Origin: Pseudomonadota bacterium
Lineage (GTDB): Archaea; Thermoplasmatota; SW-10-69-26; JACQPN01; JAJPHT01
NCBI GenBank assembly: GCA_021325135.1
Contig: JAJPHT010000048.1
Coordinates: 1 to 27,702 of the forward strand
Reading direction: 5' to 3'
DNA: 27,702 nucleotides
Part shown: in pieces, positions 17,555-25,086 of the stretch
How the letters are laid out: every line of letters begins with the position of its first letter
Numbering within the stretch: the stretch's first letter is position 1
Position numbers and translations under genes: made by a program
The notes under the pieces: model-generated
Seen by the model: the letters and a program-made list of their open reading frames with translations, nothing else
What the model was told of the DNA's origin: nothing
Database searches by the model: none

Positions 17555-18237
17555 ACCAGCGTGCTGCGCCCGACGCCCAGCACGTCGCCGTGCCGCAGCC
17601 GCGCGCGCTCGCCCCGCGGAAGGGGGCGGAAGTTGAGCACCGTGCCGTTGCGGCTCTCGGGGTGGTCCTGCGCGACGACCGCCCCGTCCTCCCACGTCAG
17701 CAGCGTGTTCTCCGCGCTGACGTAGGGGTCGAAGTCCAGGCACACCTCGACGCCGCGGCGCCGGCCCACGACGTGCAGCGGCCGCGAGGGGGAGAGCGGG
17801 AACGTCGTCCCCTCCTCTAGCCCCTTCACCAGCACCAGGCGGTGCCCCTCCTCGCGGGGCGCCACCGGCAGCGCCAGCGCGGCGGTGGGCGTCGTGGGCT
17901 CCACCACCGGCCGCATGGTGGCGAGGGCCTTGAGCGACTCCGCCAGGGCGTAGATCGCCTGGTGGTTGAGGGAATACTCGCGCACGCGCGTCGTCGCGCG
18001 CTGCGCCTCGCGGGAGAGCACGACGCCCGCCTCGCTGAGGCGCTCCACGTGGTCCGCGACGCTCTGCCGCGTGAGGCGCCGCCCCGCGTCGGGCCGCTCG
18101 CTGGAGACCTCGATCTCGCGCAGCGTCCTGGGCATGCGAAGCTGCCGCAGGATGGCGAGGCGCTGCGCGCTGCCCAGCGACGCGAGCGTGGCCGCCAGCG
18201 CGTCGTCGCCGCGGGGCGTGACGTCCGACACGTCCAT
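17542..18237 (-). CDS. ArsR-like wHTH plus FHA-domain transcription regulator
   Basis: HTH LGSAQRLAILRQL…LTRQSVADHVERLSEAGVV. FHA motifs VVGRR, DPYVS, SRNGTVLN, LRHGDVLGVG. Confidence 0.88.
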   Translation of the reverse strand: MDVSDVTPRGDDALAATLASLGSAQRLAILRQLRMPRTLREIEVSSERPDAGRRLTRQSVADHVERLSEAGVVLSREAQRATTRVREYSLNHQAIYALAESLKALATMRPVVEPTTPTAALALPVAPREEGHRLVLVKGLEEGTTFPLSPSRPLHVVGRRRGVEVCLDFDPYVSAENTLLTWEDGAVVAQDHPESRNGTVLNFRPLPRGERARLRHGDVLGVGRSTLVYWT

Positions 18238-18278
18238 GCGGCGCGCACTCGCCCAGGGGGACTTGGAGCCATCGGGGG

Positions 18279-18311
18279 CGGCGCAGGGTTTTCCCTGCGC
18301 CGGGTTGAATA
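18279..18311 (+). promoter_or_regulatory. palindromic operator 1 plus TATA-like TTGAATA
   Basis: CGGCGCAGGG-TTTT-CCCTGCGCCG with 10-bp arms, then TTGAATA at 18305-18311. Confidence 0.75.
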
Positions 18312-18367
18312 GGCCGTCGCGGCTGCTGTCCTGCTCCGGAGGCTTGCTCCGGAGGGAGGCTTCCCCC

Positions 18368-19078
18368 ATGCGTCAACTGCTCATCGCCCTCGCGCTCCTG
18401 GCGTCCAGCTTCGCCATCCTGCCCGCGGCCAGCGCCGAATGCAACGCGACGGACCCCAGCTGCAACCTCTACCCGTGCAACCTCGTGAAGGTCTGCGACC
18501 CGTGCGAGATCGGCAACGGCTTCCTCTGCGACCCGTGCAGCATCGACAACGGCCGCATCTGCGACCCGCAGGTCCCCCAGGTCCCCAACGACAAGCCCTA
18601 CGTCCGCCACAACGCCGACGGCAGCGAGACCATCGGCCTCCGGACGTGCAACTCCAGCAACTTCTGCAACGACGACGACCTCGTCACCGTCCCCGCGGTC
18701 CATGCGCCCACAATCACCACCTACGCGCGCCAGAACGCGGACGGCTCCACGACCTACGGCTACACCGAGTGCCAGGGGACGACGTGCAGCGACCACGACC
18801 TCGCGACGGTGCCCGCGGCGACCACGTGCTTCGCGTACAACCCCGACGCCCTCACCAACGCGTGCGTCGTCGTCGGCTCCACCTCGGAGCCTGTGCCCGT
18901 CCCCACGGTGGGCACGCACAGCCAGCCCGTGTGCGTCATCGGCCCCGAGTGCGTCAACGCGCCCGTGCCCGACGTCGGCATCGTCTGGGTCCCCGTGGAC
19001 GTGCCCACCCTGGGCGGCTACGTCGAGGCGACCGTCCTCTGCGGCGCCGCCGGCTCCTTCTGCCGCGTGACCCTCTGA
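18368..19078 (+). CDS. secreted Cys-rich protein (18 Cys), paralogue 1
   Basis: GGAGG RBS, signal peptide ending PAASA, CDPC repeats, strong similarity to 19235..19897. Confidence 0.88.
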   Translation: MRQLLIALALLASSFAILPAASAECNATDPSCNLYPCNLVKVCDPCEIGNGFLCDPCSIDNGRICDPQVPQVPNDKPYVRHNADGSETIGLRTCNSSNFCNDDDLVTVPAVHAPTITTYARQNADGSTTYGYTECQGTTCSDHDLATVPAATTCFAYNPDALTNACVVVGSTSEPVPVPTVGTHSQPVCVIGPECVNAPVPDVGIVWVPVDVPTLGGYVEATVLCGAAGSFCRVTL

Positions 19079-19089
19079 GGTCCGGCCCC

Positions 19090-19133
19090 CGCGGCCGCCC
19101 CCTGCGGCCGCGCCCCCCTTTTCTCTTCTCTCT
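19090..19133 (+). terminator. hairpin plus pyrimidine tract
   Basis: CGCGGCCGC-CCCCT-GCGGCCGCG followed by CCCCCCTTTTCTCTTCTCTCT. Confidence 0.6.
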
Positions 19134-19141
19134 GGAGGCGT

Positions 19142-19170
19142 GCAGGGAAAACCCTGCGCCGGGTTGAATA
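19142..19170 (+). promoter_or_regulatory. palindromic operator 2 plus TTGAATA
   Basis: GCAGGG-AAAA-CCCTGC-GCCGGG-TTGAATA. Confidence 0.75.
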
Positions 19171-19234
19171 GGCGCGCGTGGGTCCCGTGGGCAACCGGGA
19201 GCGCCCCCGCTTCCGGACAGGAGGCACAAACCCC

Positions 19235-19897
19235 ATGAGAACCCTGATCCTCGTGCTTGCTTCGCTTGCGCTCAGCTTCGTCACGCTGGCCCCCGCCGCG
19301 TCGGCCTCTCCGTGCAACCCCACGGACTGCCCGGCGTGGGTCTGCGACCAGCTTGGCAACGCCTGCCACCCGCAGGTCCCCAACGACAAGCCCTACGTCC
19401 ACCGCAACAGCGACGGCAGCGTGACCCTCGGCATCACCGAGTGCGACGAGAACAACTTCTGCTCGAACCAGGACATCGTGACCATCCCCGCCCCCAAGGT
19501 GCCCCAGGTCCCCACGTTCAGCACGTACAGCCGCAGCAACCCCGACGGGTCGACCACCTACGGCTACACCGAGTGCAGCAACAACGTCTGCACGGACCAC
19601 AACCTCGCCACCGTGCCCGCCGTGGGTTCCATCCCCCCGCCGCCCTCGACGTGCTTCGCGTACAACCCCGACGCGCTCACCAACGCGTGCGTGACCACCG
19701 GCACGGCCCCCGTCACGCTGCCCTTCCCCGTCGTGGGCCCCCCGCAGCCCCTCTGCGTCCTCGGCCCCGAGTGCGTGAACGTGCCCACCGTGGGCGTCGG
19801 CAGCATCACGGAGAACGTCCCCACCGTCTCGGGCTACGCCGAGGCCACCGTCCTCTGCCCCGAGCTTGGCGACCTCTGCCACGTCGACCTCAGCTAG
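19235..19897 (+). CDS. secreted Cys-rich protein (14 Cys), paralogue 2
   Basis: GGAGG RBS, signal peptide ending PAASA. Shares PQVPNDKPYV, DGSTTYGYTEC, CFAYNPDALTNACV and GPECVN with paralogue 1. Confidence 0.88.
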   Translation: MRTLILVLASLALSFVTLAPAASASPCNPTDCPAWVCDQLGNACHPQVPNDKPYVHRNSDGSVTLGITECDENNFCSNQDIVTIPAPKVPQVPTFSTYSRSNPDGSTTYGYTECSNNVCTDHNLATVPAVGSIPPPPSTCFAYNPDALTNACVTTGTAPVTLPFPVVGPPQPLCVLGPECVNVPTVGVGSITENVPTVSGYAEATVLCPELGDLCHVDLS

Positions 19898-19907
19898 AGG
19901 CGCGCCT

Positions 19908-19944
19908 GGGCGGGGCCGCGCGGCCCCGCCCTCTTCTTTTTTTT
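19908..19944 (+). terminator. intrinsic terminator-like hairpin plus T-tract
   Basis: 24-nt perfect palindrome GGGCGGGGCCGCGCGGCCCCGCCC followed by TCTTC and T8. Confidence 0.7.
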
Positions 19945-19962
19945 CTCAGATCGTTCCAGCGC

Positions 19963-20193
19963 TCAGCAGGCGCCGATGCCGTTCACCACGACGTAGAGAG
20001 GACACGGGACGTAGGTGCCCGCGCACACGCCCACGTGGACGGCGTCGTTCACCGCGAACGCATCGATGCAGGTGTTGCCCGTCGCGTTCGAATCGGGGTG
20101 CGGATCGGAGACGCGCACGATGTCGGCGCTCGCGCTGGGCGCGAGCGTGCAGAAGGCGAGGCCGGCCAGCACGATCAGGATCATGGTCTTCAC
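19963..20193 (-). CDS. small secreted Cys-containing protein
   Basis: Start GTG 20193 or ATG 20184, signal peptide ending APSASA, 4 Cys in the mature part. Confidence 0.75.
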   Translation of the reverse strand: MKTMILIVLAGLAFCTLAPSASADIVRVSDPHPDSNATGNTCIDAFAVNDAVHVGVCAGTYVPCPLYVVVNGIGAC

Positions 20194-20244
20194 GATATCA
20201 TTTCCCGCAGCGCGAGGCTGCATCTGTTACACGGCCTTGGCCTG

Positions 20245-20284
20245 CATAAAGAAGAAGCAGGGAAAACCCTGCGTCGGGTTGAAG
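20245..20284. promoter_or_regulatory. palindromic operator 3 with TATA-like boxes on both sides
   Basis: GCAGGG-AAAA-CCCTGC at 20257-20272. TTTATG lies 6 nt away on the minus strand and TTGAAG 6 nt away on the plus strand. Confidence 0.72.
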
Positions 20285-20309
20285 GGCCGCGCCCTGGATC
20301 CCGGCGCGG

Positions 20310-20933
20310 TCAGAAATCCGCCGTCAGCGTGCCGCTGGCAAAGCCGAGCCCGGACTGGGGCGCGAGGAAGAGCCAGTAGCCGTCGTCGGCGCCCACCGAG
20401 TAGTAGCAGGAGCCAGGGCTCCAGGAGCCGGTCCACGCGCTGAGGCAGTCGTTGGCGTCCGTGTCGGGCGTGATGCTGCCGTCGCTCTGGCACGAGACGG
20501 TGGCGCCGGTGTGCGGGTCGGTGATGACGACGGGGCCCTCGGCGTCGTCGACGCCGAACGTGCCGGACGTCGTCGGGCTGCTCGCCGTTCCCGTCGTCGC
20601 GTGGACGTTGAGGTCGTAGCCGCAGTTGTCCGAGCCGTCCCAGACCGAGGAGTCGCCGAAGAAGGCGCCGCCCACGCCGTAGTCGTAGTCGCCGTCGAAG
20701 TCGTTGGGCACGCTGTCGCCGTTGCAGTCCGCCACGTTCGTGTCCTGGACGGTCGCGGAGCCCCCCGTGGCCGACTCCCGGAGGCCGTGGGAGCTTGCGC
20801 CCAGGACGGCAGGCGCCCCGTAGGAGTGCGTGGGCTGGCTCGCCGAGGGGCAGACGCCGTTGGCGCCCACGACGAGGGCGTGGGCCGTGGCGGCGACGAG
20901 CGCGAGACCGAGGAGGAGAGACGTTTGCGCCAT
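20310..20933 (-). CDS. secreted Asp/Gly-rich hypothetical protein with possible Ca-binding loops
   Basis: Signal MAQTSLLLGLALVAATAHA, segment DCNGDSVPNDFDGDYD. Confidence 0.8.
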   Translation of the reverse strand: MAQTSLLLGLALVAATAHALVVGANGVCPSASQPTHSYGAPAVLGASSHGLRESATGGSATVQDTNVADCNGDSVPNDFDGDYDYGVGGAFFGDSSVWDGSDNCGYDLNVHATTGTASSPTTSGTFGVDDAEGPVVITDPHTGATVSCQSDGSITPDTDANDCLSAWTGSWSPGSCYYSVGADDGYWLFLAPQSGLGFASGTLTADF

Positions 20934-21108
20934 GGAGTTACCTTCCGCCGGCCTTGCCCGCCGGCAGTCCCCCCAGGCGTTCGTCCGGGATGCCGATTGT
21001 GAAGGAAACCTGAGAAGCGGCGCCCGGCGCCCGGCCCAGGCTTGCAGCGCGCGTCTACAAGCCTTAAGCCGGAGCACCCCATGGGACGACCGGAACGGGC
21101 CTTTCGCC

Positions 21109-21231
21109 ATGGTCGAAACCTGCATCAACTGCGGCGAGCGCGCCGTGGTCTTCGTCATCGCCAACAAGTGGCGGTGCAAGAAGTGCGGCAAGTACTTCGA
21201 CTGGACGCAGATCAAGGGCGCGAAGAAGTAG
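21109..21231 (+). CDS. 40-aa zinc-ribbon microprotein
   Basis: MVETCINCG…WRCKKCGKYF, two CxxCG motifs, codon usage consistent with the genome. Confidence 0.75.
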   Translation: MVETCINCGERAVVFVIANKWRCKKCGKYFDWTQIKGAKK

Positions 21232-22015
21232 CGCGCGCCAGCGCAAGCAGCTCCGGGACGACCTGCGGGATCGTCCAGACCGGCGCGTGGGCGCGCCACA
21301 GGACGCGCTTGTCCTCGCCCACCGTGACGCGCGCCGCGCCCTCGGGCACCTCCGCTTCCGCGCTTTCCAGGGCGATCTCCCCCAGCCTCGGGGGGAGCGC
21401 GAGAGGGTCCCGCGTCTCGACGCGCGCGAAGGGGCCGGGGGGCGCGTCCGGCGCGCGGCGCATCTGCGCGTGCGTGGCGGCGATGCGCGCATGGCCCGCG
21501 GGCGAGAGGCGCGCGAACGCCTGCGCGAGGTCGCACGCGGGGAGGATGGGGATCCCCGCGTCCGCGGGGGCGTGGACGGGCGGGCAGAGGAAGACGGCGC
21601 CGCCCATGCCAAGCTGCTTGGCGTAGCCCGCGGCCGCGGTCGCCTTGGGCTGGACCGACGCGCCGCCCGCGAGGAAGCCCCCCTCCGCGACGGCGCCCGT
21701 GGCGAAGTGCGGCGGGAGGGGCGGCTCCTCCAGGAGCGCGGCGAGGGCGAGGAGGCCGAAGGAGAGACCCGCGCTCCCCCCTTGCAGGCCCGCGGCGCCG
21801 ACGACCTCGACGCGCGCGTCCGCGTCGCGGCGACCCGCCAAGGCCTGCGCGGCGTCCCACGCGGCGGAGAGCGAGGCGCGCCACGCGGCGTCGCCCGTGG
21901 CCGCGCCCTCCAGGTGGAGGCGCCCCTCGCCGGGCTCCAGGGAGAGCTTCAAGCGCCGGGGGACGACGAGGCCCGCGGCCCCGCCGCCGGCCAGGGTGAG
22001 GACGAGCGTCTCCAC
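21212..22015 (-). CDS. stand-alone Lon/S16-like protease domain protein
   Basis: GGSAG with TG at +25 and Lys at +43, the spacing of the Lon Ser-Lys dyad. No AAA+ domain. GTG start at 22015. Confidence 0.75.
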   Translation of the reverse strand: METLVLTLAGGGAAGLVVPRRLKLSLEPGEGRLHLEGAATGDAAWRASLSAAWDAAQALAGRRDADARVEVVGAAGLQGGSAGLSFGLLALAALLEEPPLPPHFATGAVAEGGFLAGGASVQPKATAAAGYAKQLGMGGAVFLCPPVHAPADAGIPILPACDLAQAFARLSPAGHARIAATHAQMRRAPDAPPGPFARVETRDPLALPPRLGEIALESAEAEVPEGAARVTVGEDKRVLWRAHAPVWTIPQVVPELLALARATSSRP

Positions 22016-22023
22016 GCGGCGCC

Positions 22024-22485
22024 TCACGCGAGGTGGGGCGCTTCGGCGCCGTCGCACGTGGCCGTGACGACCTGCGACTCGTAGTCCATGAGCCAGTGGA
22101 CGCTCTGCGTGGGGACCGTGCACGTCGCGGTGACGATCACGGGGCCGCCGTCCCACGCGGCCCAGTCGCCGATGACGAAGCGCGCGCTGAACGTGCCGCC
22201 CAGGGGGTAGGGGTGGTCGTAGACGACGGTGATGTCCCACTGGCCTTCGGCGGGGCCGCCGTGCTCCAGGGGCACGACGATGTCGTCGCACTTGCCCAGG
22301 CTCGCGTCGATGCACCCCTCGTCCAGCGAGAAGCCGGCGCGGTGCGTGGTGCCGTCGGGGTACCCGACGAGGAGCAGCTCCGCGCCTCCGGCCGCGACGT
22401 AGTCGGTGGGCGCGACCACCGTGGCGCCGGTGGACGGGAGCGTGAGCAGGGCGAGCGCGGCGACGAGAAGGGTCTGTCGGATCAT
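22024..22485 (-). CDS. secreted hypothetical protein
   Basis: GGAGG RBS, signal MIRQTLLVAALALLTLPSTGA, 4 Cys. Confidence 0.75.
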   Translation of the reverse strand: MIRQTLLVAALALLTLPSTGATVVAPTDYVAAGGAELLLVGYPDGTTHRAGFSLDEGCIDASLGKCDDIVVPLEHGGPAEGQWDITVVYDHPYPLGGTFSARFVIGDWAAWDGGPVIVTATCTVPTQSVHWLMDYESQVVTATCDGAEAPHLA

Positions 22486-22503
22486 GGGGGAAGCCTCCTG
22501 ATA

Positions 22504-23409
22504 TCACGAGGGGAAACGGACGGGGACCGCGGCCTCTTCCTTCAGGATCTCCGTCACGTCGAGGGGCCCGAAGGTGACGAGGATGCGGTCGTGGTTCTGC
22601 GGCTGGTAGGCGGGGCCGCCGGGGGCCACCATCCACTCGCCTCCCGGGTGGACGACGAAGACGTGCAGGCCGTCGGTGTCGTTGCCGCGGTAGCCGTGGC
22701 CGCCGTGGGCGGCGGCGTCGAGCCAGATGCCGTCGGGGGCGAGGCGCGTGTCGAGGCCGCGGTCGAAGAACTCCGCCAGCGTGACGCCCGGCGCGCCTTC
22801 CATGTGGATGGTGCCGGGGAAGCCTTCGCCCACGTGCTGGTGCGCGCGCTGGTAGGGGTGGAGCGCGAAGTCGAAGGCGGGAAGCTCGTAGTCGACCTGC
22901 GTCCCGTTGACGAACACCGCGAACGCCGCGTGCTCGTGGACGGGGGGCAGGTCGCGGTTGGCCATGGAGAACGCGACGGCGACGCCCGCGACGACCACGA
23001 GGCCCGCCGCGAGGAGCGCGGCCGCGGCCAAGGCGCGCGCGCGTCGGCGGCGGGCGGCGTCCTGGCCGGGCTCGCGGGAGAGCGAGGCGTCCGCGACGCG
23101 GGCCTCCGCCTGCGCGACGGCCTGCATGGCGAGGGCGGCGGCCTGCTCGGCGCGCGCGACGGCCTCGAAGGCCTGCACGACCTCGGGGGAGATGCCCTTG
23201 GCGCGCCGCGCCATGGCGCTCCAGCCCAGCGCGACCGTGAGCGGGGGGATCGTGACGAGGAGGCCCACGGCGAGGAGCGCGCGCGTGGAGAGGCCCGCGT
23301 CCCAGACGCCCGCCTCGCGGAGCAGCTCCAGCAGGGCGACCAGGAGGATGGGCGCGATGCAGGCCGCGACGAAGAGGGGGTGGGGGCGGGGGACGGGGTC
23401 GTCGCTCAT
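22504..23409 (-). CDS. membrane protein with His-rich C-terminal domain
   Basis: Three hydrophobic helices, then HEHAAFAVFVNG…HQH…IHME…TLAEFF. ATGA overlap with the MFS stop. Confidence 0.78.
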   Translation of the reverse strand: MSDDPVPRPHPLFVAACIAPILLVALLELLREAGVWDAGLSTRALLAVGLLVTIPPLTVALGWSAMARRAKGISPEVVQAFEAVARAEQAAALAMQAVAQAEARVADASLSREPGQDAARRRRARALAAAALLAAGLVVVAGVAVAFSMANRDLPPVHEHAAFAVFVNGTQVDYELPAFDFALHPYQRAHQHVGEGFPGTIHMEGAPGVTLAEFFDRGLDTRLAPDGIWLDAAAHGGHGYRGNDTDGLHVFVVHPGGEWMVAPGGPAYQPQNHDRILVTFGPLDVTEILKEEAAVPVRFPS

Positions 23410-24752
23410 GCGGGCTCACCGGAGGGGGACGTCGCGGGCTGCGCGGCGGGCGCGCGCCGCGGGACGGCGAGGAAGAGGAAGGGGAGGGCGGAGGCGAGGA
23501 CGGCGAGGGCGACGTAGTTGAAGCCCATGGCGAGGTCGCCGCCGCGCTTCACCACCAGCGCCAGCGCGTAGGGCGCCAGGATGCGCGCGGCGGAGGTGGC
23601 GGCCTCGGTCCACGAGAAGGACGCCAGGGGCCCGGCGGGCGAGGCGTTCTGCGCGACCATGGCCATGGCCAGCGGGCGGCCCACGCCGTCCACGACGCCG
23701 AAGACGACCCACGCGGAGATGATGAGCGCCAGGGGCGCGAAGCCCATGACGACGTTGAGCGCCGCGCACGCGAGGAGGCTTGCCACGATGACGGCGCGGG
23801 GGCGCCCCGTGCGCGCGGCGAGGGTGGGCCCGGCGAGCTGGAAGAGCGCGGCGGCGATCCAGCTGGCGGCGATCACGGGGCCAATCCACGCGGGGGGCAG
23901 GCCGCGCTGCTGGAGGTAGATGGGGAAGTAGATGGGGTAGATGGCCAGCGAGAGGCCGAAGAGGAAGAGGTGCGTGGAGAGGAGCGCGACGTTGCGCCCC
24001 GTGCCCAGCGGCAGGCGGCGCACGAGGCCCTGGCGCGCGCGCTGGAGGTCGTGGAGCGAGGCGAGGGCGCCCTTGCGCGCGGCGGCGAGGTCGTCGAACG
24101 CCTGGCGCTCGTCCTGCGTGAGCGCGTCGCGCTGCGCGCGGCTGCGCGGCGTGGCCGCGTGCGCGCGCCAGAGCACCCAGCCCGTGAGGCCCAGCACGCC
24201 CAGCGAGACCAGCGTCGCCAGCGCGAAGACGGGGCCGAAGCCCTTCGACGCCAGCGAGTACGCGACGAGGATGGCCGCCGCGTAGGCGAAGCCGGTGAGC
24301 ATGCCGAGGTACGCGAACACGCGCGCCTGGCCCTCGACGGGCGCGGCCTGCGCGATGAGCGCGCTCACCCCCGGGGCCGACGCCGCGCCCGCGAAGGAGC
24401 CCAGCGCCGCGAGGCCCACGAACTGCAGGGGCGTCTGCGCGAGGAGATAGAGAGGGGTCGTCAGCGCGGGGACGAACGCCAGCGCCATGACGAGCACGGG
24501 GTTGCCGAACGCGCGCGGGAAGCGGCCCGCCACGAGCTGCACCACCAGGGCGCCCACGCCCACGGCGACGAAGATGCCGCCAAGCTGGAGGAGCGAGAAG
24601 CCCTTGGAGATGAGGAAGAGGGGGAGGATGGGGATGAGGAGGCCCGCGTTGAACGCGGAGACGACGTTCACCACCAGGACGTGGCGCACGCCGGGGGACC
24701 TGCGCCAGTCCTCCCTCGCCACCGCGAGGGCCTGCCTCGTCCACGCCAGCAC
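23406..24752 (-). CDS. MFS transporter
   Basis: About 12 TM helices in a 6+6 arrangement with a long central loop, motif-A-like LAARTGRPR. Confidence 0.9.
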   Translation of the reverse strand: MLAWTRQALAVAREDWRRSPGVRHVLVVNVVSAFNAGLLIPILPLFLISKGFSLLQLGGIFVAVGVGALVVQLVAGRFPRAFGNPVLVMALAFVPALTTPLYLLAQTPLQFVGLAALGSFAGAASAPGVSALIAQAAPVEGQARVFAYLGMLTGFAYAAAILVAYSLASKGFGPVFALATLVSLGVLGLTGWVLWRAHAATPRSRAQRDALTQDERQAFDDLAAARKGALASLHDLQRARQGLVRRLPLGTGRNVALLSTHLFLFGLSLAIYPIYFPIYLQQRGLPPAWIGPVIAASWIAAALFQLAGPTLAARTGRPRAVIVASLLACAALNVVMGFAPLALIISAWVVFGVVDGVGRPLAMAMVAQNASPAGPLASFSWTEAATSAARILAPYALALVVKRGGDLAMGFNYVALAVLASALPFLFLAVPRRAPAAQPATSPSGEPA

Positions 24753-24795
24753 GCGCCTCGCCTCGGCGCCGGGACAACGTTCGAGAATAAATCCT

Positions 24796-25086
24796 CTAGC
24801 TGAGAGTCCTTTCTTCGTCGGCGAGAAGCCCGGCCTCCACGAAGCCGCGGAGGACCTCCTCCACGTCGCGCCGGATCTCCGTCTCGGGGACCTCCGGAAA
24901 CGATCGGCATAGAGAGTTGACGATGTCCCTGACGAGCAGCCCCGATTTCGCGGCGTCGAGGACCATGTACGCGGGCTCGTTGAGCTGGTAGATGGCGCCG
25001 TCGTCGAGGTTCGTCGCGTAGCGCGCGCCCTCCTCGCCCGAGAGGACGATGGAGCCCGCCGCGCGGAAGCGCTTCGCGGGGTTCAG
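24796..25086 (-). CDS. PqqD-family RiPP recognition element (RRE)
   Basis: GAIYQLNEPAYMVLD…IVNSLCRSFPEVPETEIRRDVEEVLRGFVEAGLL. Probable CTG start overlapping the methyltransferase TGA; start uncertain. Confidence 0.85.
   Translation of the reverse strand: MNPAKRFRAAGSIVLSGEEGARYATNLDDGAIYQLNEPAYMVLDAAKSGLLVRDIVNSLCRSFPEVPETEIRRDVEEVLRGFVEAGLLADEERTLS

Noticed and set aside
15446-19882. 1478-aa minus-strand ORF and other long ORFs (7703..10693, 13613..15715, 11032..13158, and the extended 5' parts of 694..2421, 21212..23419, 25714..27549)
   Set aside because: Arg/Gly/Ala-rich shadow frames overlapping well-supported genes, expected from stop-codon scarcity at high GC
13165-20193. Secreted Cys-rich proteins as MNIO substrates
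   Set aside because: They are 5-12 kb away under separate promoters, have even Cys counts consistent with disulfides, and a better precursor lies adjacent to the MNIO. Not formally excluded, since some MNIO substrates carry signal peptides.
18279-20284. Repeated palindromes as a CRISPR array or MITE ends
   Set aside because: Copies are about 0.9-1.1 kb apart, separated by whole genes and at fixed promoter spacing; no cas or transposase gene is present
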